A DNA stretch of 64,000 nt from an uncultured delta proteobacterium (lineage in GTDB: Bacteria > Myxococcota > Myxococcia > Myxococcales > Anaeromyxobacteraceae): contig CAWFDF010000003.1 in the NCBI GenBank assembly GCA_963814585.1, positions 128,001 through 192,000 on the forward strand, written 5' to 3'. A model generated the notes under the pieces. It saw nothing but the letters and a program-made list of their open reading frames with translations, was not told the origin of the DNA and did no database searches. Below, piece by piece: positions 58,901 through 64,000 of this stretch. Each line of letters opens with the position of its first letter. The first letter of the stretch is position 1. Both the position numbers and the translations under genes were made by a program.

Positions 58901-61602
58901 TCGGCCACCTCCAGCTTCCGCGCCCGGACGTGGACGGTCTGGCACGGCGCGAAGACCTGGCTGGTGGTGGCGAAGGCCGGGTCCGCCGCGGGGGCGATCC
59001 AGCCCACGTGGGCCTGGCCCCGCTGCGTCGCGCTGCCCCCGCCGACGCTGGCCGTGGCCGTGGCCTGCACGTGCAGCAGCGTGCCGTTGGCCAGCGGGCC
59101 GCCGGCGGCGGTGCTGGCCGTGACCACCAGCACCACCGGGACGGCGCCGCCGAACGGCGCCACCAATCCGAGGGCGGTGATGGGCGCGCCGTCGACCGGG
59201 TTACCGTCGCCGTCGGGATCCGACCAGAACCGGGCGGCGGCCAGCGCGCCGGCCGGGGGCGTGGCGGTGACGGTGGCGGCCAGCGTGAAGCTGGCCGCGG
59301 CGGCGCCGTTGTTCTGGACCACGCCAGAGAAGGCGACCGTGCCGCCGGTGACGGCGGTGAGGGCGTCGGCGCCGGTCCGGTCGGGCGTGAAGGCGACGAG
59401 CGGGGCGGCGCGCACGGCGATCTCGGCCGGTGCAGCCGCACCCGTGGTGAATCCCGTGGCCGCCACGGTCGCCCGGCAGCGGTCGCCGGCGGCGGCGCCG
59501 GCCGCCTGGGTGAGCCGGAGGGTGAAGGGGACGTTCCCCTGGGCCGGGGCGGCCAGCTCGGGCCGGCCGTTCCCGTTGGAGTCGTTCCCGGCCACGATGG
59601 TCCAGCTCCCCGAGGAGTTCCGGGTGGCCAGCACCTGCCCGGCGCCGTTGCGCAGCTCGACGGCCGCGGCGCAGCCGCCGTCCTGCACCTCGAGGTCGTA
59701 GCGCTCGGCCACCGAGAGGGCGCTCTGCAGCCGCAGCTCGAAGGGGACGGCCAGCCCGGTGACCGCAGGCTTCTCCTGCGCCACCGGCAGCACCGCGGTG
59801 CGCTGCACGCAGGCGTGGCTGGGGAGATCGCAGACCGGCGTCGTCCCACCGCAGTGGGCGCTGGCGGTGCAGGCCACGCAGGCGCGCGGCGTCGGCGCCG
59901 CGTCGCAGGCCGGCGCGAGGCCGCCGCAGTTCGCGTCGGAGAGGCAGGCGTCGACCACCATGGAGGTGGGCCCGGCCCCGGACGGCGGCCGCGAGGGGAA
60001 GGTGGCCACCAGCTGGCCGCTCTGGCCGGCCGCCGTCACCAGGGCCTGGTTGTCGACGGTCCCGCTGACGCCGAGGTCGACGGTGACGCGGAAGACCACC
60101 GCGGTCGACTCCCCGATGGCCAGGCTGCCGCCAACGGCGGCGGTGGCGCCGGCGCCCATCCGCACCGTCAGCGTGCGGGTGACGGCGTCGTAGTCGGCCT
60201 GGTCGTCGCCGGCCGCCTCGGTCTTGGCACCGGCGTTGGAGCCGCTGGCGATGCGGATCGAACCGGGCACCAGCGTCACGCCCGGCGGCAGCGCGTCCAC
60301 CAGCACGGTCTGGACCGAGGGATCGTTGCCGGCGTTGCCGGCCGTGACGGTGTACTCGAGCCGGTCGCCGGCCAGCGTGGCGCCGGCCCGGTCGAGGTTG
60401 GCCACCGACTTCACCGTCCCTCCGAAGTCGGGCCTGAGCGTGGAGATGGAGGTGACGAAGCCCCCCAGCACGTAGACGCCGCCGAGCGAGGAGGCGGCGA
60501 TGGTGGCCGAGTCGTTGCCGGCGGCGATGGCCCCGGCGTTCTGGCTGGCCCTCAGGTCCACCACGTCGAGATCGAGGCCGGACGCCGAGCCGATGCCGCC
60601 GGTCAGCTGCGGCAGGTCGCCGGCCGTCGAGACGGCCACCCCCAGGTGGCTGCGGGTCCGGTTGAAGAAGTCGTTGACCGGGTTGAGCGCGTCGGAGAGA
60701 TCCACCAGCATGGCCGGGGGCGGAGCCGGGGCGGCGTACCCCTTGAACTGGAGCCGGTCGCCGGCGTTGTTGGCGTCGCCCTCCCAGGCCACCACGCCCA
60801 GCTTGGCGTCGAAGCCGCCCGCCGGGACCTGGAAACCGGCCAGCGTGGCGGCCACGGTGTTGTTGTAGACCGGCTCGAAGCCGTCGAAGAGCGTCAGGTT
60901 GCGCTGCGTGATCTCGGCCGGGTCCTCGTAGAAGACCACGACCCACCAGCCGGTGAAGGCGACGTTGCTGTAGAGGTCGGCCAGCTCCATCGAGTCGACG
61001 TCGGAGACCATGTAGGGGCCGGGAGCGGCCGGAAGCCCCTGCACCAGCCCCGTGATGTCGGCGGTGGCCTGGTACCACCAGCGGCCGGGGTAGTCGGGCG
61101 CCTCGACCATCTCGGTGGAGATGGTCCAGCCGGTGTCGGCGGCGATCCCATGGGCCACGCCGTCGGGCGTGGTGAGCGTGGCCGAGGGGTCGAAGGCATC
61201 GGCGGTGAAGTAGCCGGCCCAGTAGAGCCTGGCGTACTTCACGACCGCCCCGGCCGGAAGCTCGAGCACCGCAACCGTGCGGGCCTGCGCCGCGGTGATG
61301 CCGGTGTGGCAGGCGGCGGTGCCGGCGGCGGGTTCGGCCCGCCAGAAGACGTCGACGCCCGTCTCCTGGGTGATGTAGCCACAGTTCCCCGGCGGGATCG
61401 GGGAGACGCCGTCGTCGAGGCAGAGGGTGCCCACGATCGGGTCGGGGACGCCAAGGAGACGGTCCTGCGCCAGGGTGTTTCCGATGAGCTTGAAGTCGCC
61501 GCGCAGGTCGAGCTGCTGGCGGAGCGTCACCGCCGCACCGGCAGGCGGTCCCGGGAGCAGCACGGCCAGCAGGACGGCGGCGGCGCACGTGGTTTTACCC
61601 AT
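55987..61602 (-). CDS. Large cell-surface protein: DUF3344/DUF11-like N-terminus, Cys-rich module, about eight bacterial Ig-like repeats, MYXO-CTERM sorting signal
   Basis: Signal peptide; GDFKLIGNTL, YARLYWAG; GDRLEYTVT..N.G; CLSDANC...CTASAHC; repeated G.AEPG..V.V...TDAAGN.S; C-terminal GGGCGC plus hydrophobic stretch and RR. Confidence 0.9.
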   Translation of the reverse strand: MGKTTCAAAVLLAVLLPGPPAGAAVTLRQQLDLRGDFKLIGNTLAQDRLLGVPDPIVGTLCLDDGVSPIPPGNCGYITQETGVDVFWRAEPAAGTAACHTGITAAQARTVAVLELPAGAVVKYARLYWAGYFTADAFDPSATLTTPDGVAHGIAADTGWTISTEMVEAPDYPGRWWYQATADITGLVQGLPAAPGPYMVSDVDSMELADLYSNVAFTGWWVVVFYEDPAEITQRNLTLFDGFEPVYNNTVAATLAGFQVPAGGFDAKLGVVAWEGDANNAGDRLQFKGYAAPAPPPAMLVDLSDALNPVNDFFNRTRSHLGVAVSTAGDLPQLTGGIGSASGLDLDVVDLRASQNAGAIAAGNDSATIAASSLGGVYVLGGFVTSISTLRPDFGGTVKSVANLDRAGATLAGDRLEYTVTAGNAGNDPSVQTVLVDALPPGVTLVPGSIRIASGSNAGAKTEAAGDDQADYDAVTRTLTVRMGAGATAAVGGSLAIGESTAVVFRVTVDLGVSGTVDNQALVTAAGQSGQLVATFPSRPPSGAGPTSMVVDACLSDANCGGLAPACDAAPTPRACVACTASAHCGGTTPVCDLPSHACVQRTAVLPVAQEKPAVTGLAVPFELRLQSALSVAERYDLEVQDGGCAAAVELRNGAGQVLATRNSSGSWTIVAGNDSNGNGRPELAAPAQGNVPFTLRLTQAAGAAAGDRCRATVAATGFTTGAAAPAEIAVRAAPLVAFTPDRTGADALTAVTGGTVAFSGVVQNNGAAAASFTLAATVTATPPAGALAAARFWSDPDGDGNPVDGAPITALGLVAPFGGAVPVVLVVTASTAAGGPLANGTLLHVQATATASVGGGSATQRGQAHVGWIAPAADPAFATTSQVFAPCQTVHVRARKLEVADRYALEWYAGSAPVRGTDLPFRAVDPWPVTGGSATDAYPLPAGTPDAITVLLVRWSGATPTVLDTLPLGVERGGAILGLLAPSRVTTGQPISASASFRSGAPRITHRDTRLAWTVSGGGLAMDGAGAFLSPPATARLLAGLDVAPGATVSSTFSATPAWPAPGRYHVGAAWQLSCAVAPVLAEGGADVDVAPPPPVVATPAVGALVASATPTVTGAALPGASVVVTIDGSALAPVTADGAGRFTAAVPAAAPLAEGAHALVAVQTAGGVASDASPPRGFSTDSVPPALQLASPAPGALLGGAEAPLGRVPFSGTAESGAGVVLAVDGASVPVTRSGAAFSAAATLADGHHVAVVTATDAAGLQTVLTVAFDLDVAPPAAPQVSAPVAGQLLGGALAPAGLVAFAGAAEPDATVTVTVGLASATALAGAGGAFTASLLLADGDHHASLTAADAAGNVSVPAAVAFRLDTLAPSAPVILSPSAGARLAAGSIRFTGTAEPGSSVRVAAGALGATVTAGGTGAFEAVLTLGAGAWSVSAVATDAAGNGSPERRIGFEVAPPAPVVTSPVAGAVVTTATPTVTGAALPGASVVVTIDGSALAPVTADGAGRFTAAVPVAAPLAEGAHALVAVQTAGGVASDQSASRPFLVDLPPALQLASPAPSALLGGAEAPLGRVPFSGTAESGAGVVLAVDGASVPVTRSGAAFSAAATLADGHHVAVVTATDAAGLQTVLTVAFDLDVAPPAAPQVSAPVAGQLLGGALAPAGLVAFTGAAEPGATVTVTVGLASATALAGAGGAFTASLLLADGDHQASLTAADAAGNASGPAAVAFRLDTLAPSAPVILSPAEGASLPVGPVRIAGTAEPGASVAVTVGTLAARVTASGAGAFEATFTLAAGAWSAIAVASDAAGNGSPPAQVGFVVAAAGDPSSPRNASGGGCGCGQGAGAASGSSLLLLLLAALWPGRRGIRGGRGS
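56150..58335. repeat. Tandem direct duplication, unit about 1092-1095 bp (four Ig-like domains)
   Basis: Matching strings recur at offset 1092 (56761 vs 57853) and 1095 (56994 vs 58089); near-identical over about 850 bp. Confidence 0.92.
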
Positions 61603-61807
61603 TGTGAAGTGGCGGACTCCCGACACCTGGCTCCCCTGGAGACGACCAGAATCCTCGTCATTTTACCATGCTGCACCGCGGCCATCCCCGGCCGCATCGA
61701 GTCGTTGACGCAGGGGACACGGACCGGCGGTGCGCCGGGGAGCCCACCGCCCGGCAGGGGACCGATCGACTTGCCGCCGCCACCCTCTTGGTCGAGACTC
61801 CGCCGTC

Positions 61808-63232
61808 ATGGCTCCTCCCTCGACCCGCCCCCCGCTCGCCGCCGTGGTCCTCGCCGCCGGCAAGGGGACCCGCATGAAGTCCCGCACCGCCAAGGTGCTC
61901 CACGAGCTCTCCGGCAGGCCGCTGGCCTGGTTCCCCGTCCGCGCGGCGCTGGAAGCCGGCGCCTCCCCGGTGGTGGTGGTGGTGGGCCACCAGGCCGCGG
62001 CGGTCGAGGCGGCGCTGCGGGCCGCCCTCCCCGGCGCCCCGCTCCGGTTCGCCGTGCAGGCCGAGCAGCGCGGCACCGCCCACGCGGTGCTGGCGGCGCG
62101 TCGCGCGCTGCGCGGCGTGGCCGGGCCGATCGCCATCCTCTCCGGCGACACGCCCCTCCTCTCCTCCGCCACGCTGAGGCGGGTGGTCCAGGCCCGGGCC
62201 CGCGCCAGGGCCCCGCTGGCCTTCGCCACCATGAACCTGGCCGAGCCACGCGGGTATGGCCGGGTGCTGCGCGACGGGCGCGGGCGCCCGGCCCGCATCG
62301 TGGAGGAGAAGGACGCCTCGGCCGATCAGCGGGTCATCGGCGAGGTGAACGCCGGCCTCTACTGCGCCGAGGCCGGCTTCCTCTGGAAGGCGCTGGCCCG
62401 GGTGGGCTCGAGGAACGCCCAGGGGGAGTTCTACCTGACCGACCTGGTGGCCCTGGCCGCCCGGCGCGCGCCGGCGGTGGCCGTCGAGGTGGAGCCGCTC
62501 GAGGCCTCGGGCGTCAACGACCGCGCCGAGCTGGCCCGCGCCGGCCAGGTGCTGCAGCGGCGACGCGCCTCGGCGCTGATGAGGGCCGGGGTGACGCTGG
62601 AGGACCCGGACCACTTCCTCTGCGACGAGGGCGTGGTCGTGGCCGCCGACGTGACCGTCGAGCCCGGGGTGCGCCTGCGCGGCGCCACGCGCATCGGCCC
62701 GGGCTGCCGCATCGGGCAGGGCTCGGTGCTCACCGACGCGGTGCTGGCCGCCGGCGTGACGGTGAGGCCCTACACGGTGATCGAGGGGCCGGCCACCGTC
62801 GGCGCCCGGGCCATGCTCGGCCCCTTCTCCCGCGTCCGCCCCGGCACCGAGCTCGGCGAGGACGTCCACCTCGGCAACTTCGTCGAGACCAAGAAGGCCA
62901 CGCTCGGCAAGGGCTCCAAGGCCAACCACCTGGCCTACCTCGGCGACGCGGTGATCGGCGCCGGCGTCAACGTCGGCTGCGGCACCATCACCTGCAACTA
63001 CGACGGCGAGAAGAAGCACCAGACCCGCATCGGCGACGGCGCCTTCATCGGCTCCGACTCGATCCTGGTGGCGCCCGTCGAGGTGGGCGCCGGGGCCTAC
63101 ACCGCCGCCGGCTCGACCGTCACCGAGGACGTGCCGCCCGGCGCGCTGGCGCTGGGACGGGCCAAGCAGGTGAACAAGGAGGGCTGGGTGGCGAGGCTGA
63201 AGGCGGCGCGGGCGGCCCGCACCAGCAAGTAG
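61808..63232 (+). CDS. glmU: Bifunctional UDP-GlcNAc pyrophosphorylase/glucosamine-1-phosphate acetyltransferase
   Basis: [59 protein letters not shown]. Confidence 0.97.
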   Translation: MAPPSTRPPLAAVVLAAGKGTRMKSRTAKVLHELSGRPLAWFPVRAALEAGASPVVVVVGHQAAAVEAALRAALPGAPLRFAVQAEQRGTAHAVLAARRALRGVAGPIAILSGDTPLLSSATLRRVVQARARARAPLAFATMNLAEPRGYGRVLRDGRGRPARIVEEKDASADQRVIGEVNAGLYCAEAGFLWKALARVGSRNAQGEFYLTDLVALAARRAPAVAVEVEPLEASGVNDRAELARAGQVLQRRRASALMRAGVTLEDPDHFLCDEGVVVAADVTVEPGVRLRGATRIGPGCRIGQGSVLTDAVLAAGVTVRPYTVIEGPATVGARAMLGPFSRVRPGTELGEDVHLGNFVETKKATLGKGSKANHLAYLGDAVIGAGVNVGCGTITCNYDGEKKHQTRIGDGAFIGSDSILVAPVEVGAGAYTAAGSTVTEDVPPGALALGRAKQVNKEGWVARLKAARAARTSK

Positions 63233-63402
63233 TCGCACCGCGTCAACCGGACGGGTCGTGGGGCAGGTGATCCGGCCCACGGCCCGGGTCGGGGCACTCG
63301 CCGCAGCGCCTCGCCGGATCGATCGGCACGCCCCGTGGTCCGGCCCACGGGCCGGGTGCTAGGGTGTCGCCCAGACCCTGTCGCCCAGACCCGGAGTCCA
63401 CC

Positions 63403-64000
63403 ATGCGCGCCCAGGCCATGGCATCGCTCCTCCTCCTGCTCGGCTGCGCCACGCCGCGTCCGTCGGCGCGGGTGGCGCCGCCCGCGGACCCGGCCGAGGC
63501 CTCGACCAAGGTCCTGGCGCAGGCCGACGAGTACCTGGCCCGGTACTTCGCGACCTACCCGGAGGCCGCCACGCTCGAGGACTGGCCGGCCGCCGATCAC
63601 GGGGCGGTGGACGACGTCTCGCCGGCCGCGATCAAGCGCTGGCACGCCTACCTGGACGAGGTGTCGTCCCGCCTGCACGCGGCGGATCCCGCGGTGCTCA
63701 CCGAGCCGGCCCGGCTGAGCCGGGCCGTGGTCCTCGAGGAGGTGGACGGCGCGCGCCAGGCCCGGGTCTGCCGGGGGGAGCTGTGGGAGGTCCGGGCCAA
63801 CTCGTCCTGGCCGTCCCGGGCCGCCCAGCTGGCGGCGGTCCAGCCGGTGGGGACGCCGGCGGCCCGCGTCCAGGCGCTGGCCCGCCTCCGCGGCCTGGCC
63901 CGGATGGTGGACGTGCGCATCGCCAACCTGCGCGAGGGGCTCCGGCTCGGGTACGCGGCCAACCGGGAGAACGTCGAGGCGGCGATCGCCCAGCTGGACG
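63403..64000 (+). CDS. DUF885-like lipoprotein (3' truncated by window edge)
   Basis: GGAG RBS; MRAQAMASLLLLLGC lipobox; ADEYL...YPEAAT...DDVSPAA...IANLREGLRLGY; frame open to the end of the window. Confidence 0.72.
   Translation, partial: MRAQAMASLLLLLGCATPRPSARVAPPADPAEASTKVLAQADEYLARYFATYPEAATLEDWPAADHGAVDDVSPAAIKRWHAYLDEVSSRLHAADPAVLTEPARLSRAVVLEEVDGARQARVCRGELWEVRANSSWPSRAAQLAAVQPVGTPAARVQALARLRGLARMVDVRIANLREGLRLGYAANRENVEAAIAQLD

Noticed and set aside
55624..63270. 2548-aa plus-strand ORF and other very long ORFs (48362..52897, 35852..38578, 10208..12592, 56336-region 55556..58393)
   Set aside because: Shadow or antisense frames typical of very high GC DNA; Arg/Gly/Pro-rich, no motifs, and they overlap well-supported genes.

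Overview
Very GC-rich bacterial chromosome segment. Gene content (MYXO-CTERM surface protein, myxobacterial-type ECF sigmas, hyp genes, maeB, proS) suggests an Anaeromyxobacter-like myxobacterium; this is an inference. It carries a [NiFe]-hydrogenase maturation cluster (hypD-E-A-B), a CarH-like B12 regulator, a Tat-peptide/amidase/plsC/larA operon, a fluoride riboswitch with crcB, maeB, a Lol-like ABC export cluster, a pseudokinase with two convergent ECF sigmas, housekeeping genes (ybaK, pyrF, proS, ispG, trxB, moaC, pepF, glmU), a heavily frameshifted CoA-activase gene and a large Ig-repeat surface protein. The most striking element is an operon at about 37.9-43.8 kb. There a DUF692 (MNIO) and DUF2063 RiPP-maturase pair follows a lipoprotein that fuses bufferin-like CxGxNxC(K/E)G repeats to a cytochrome c domain, alongside a b561-like membrane protein, YceI and a diheme cytochrome. 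A second candidate is a small membrane peptide with a possible UGA-selenocysteine and SECIS-like hairpin downstream of a DUF302 gene. Scattered single-base indels suggest uncorrected long-read errors. No rRNA, tRNA, CRISPR array or transposase was recognised. All family assignments come from motif recognition by eye, not database searches.
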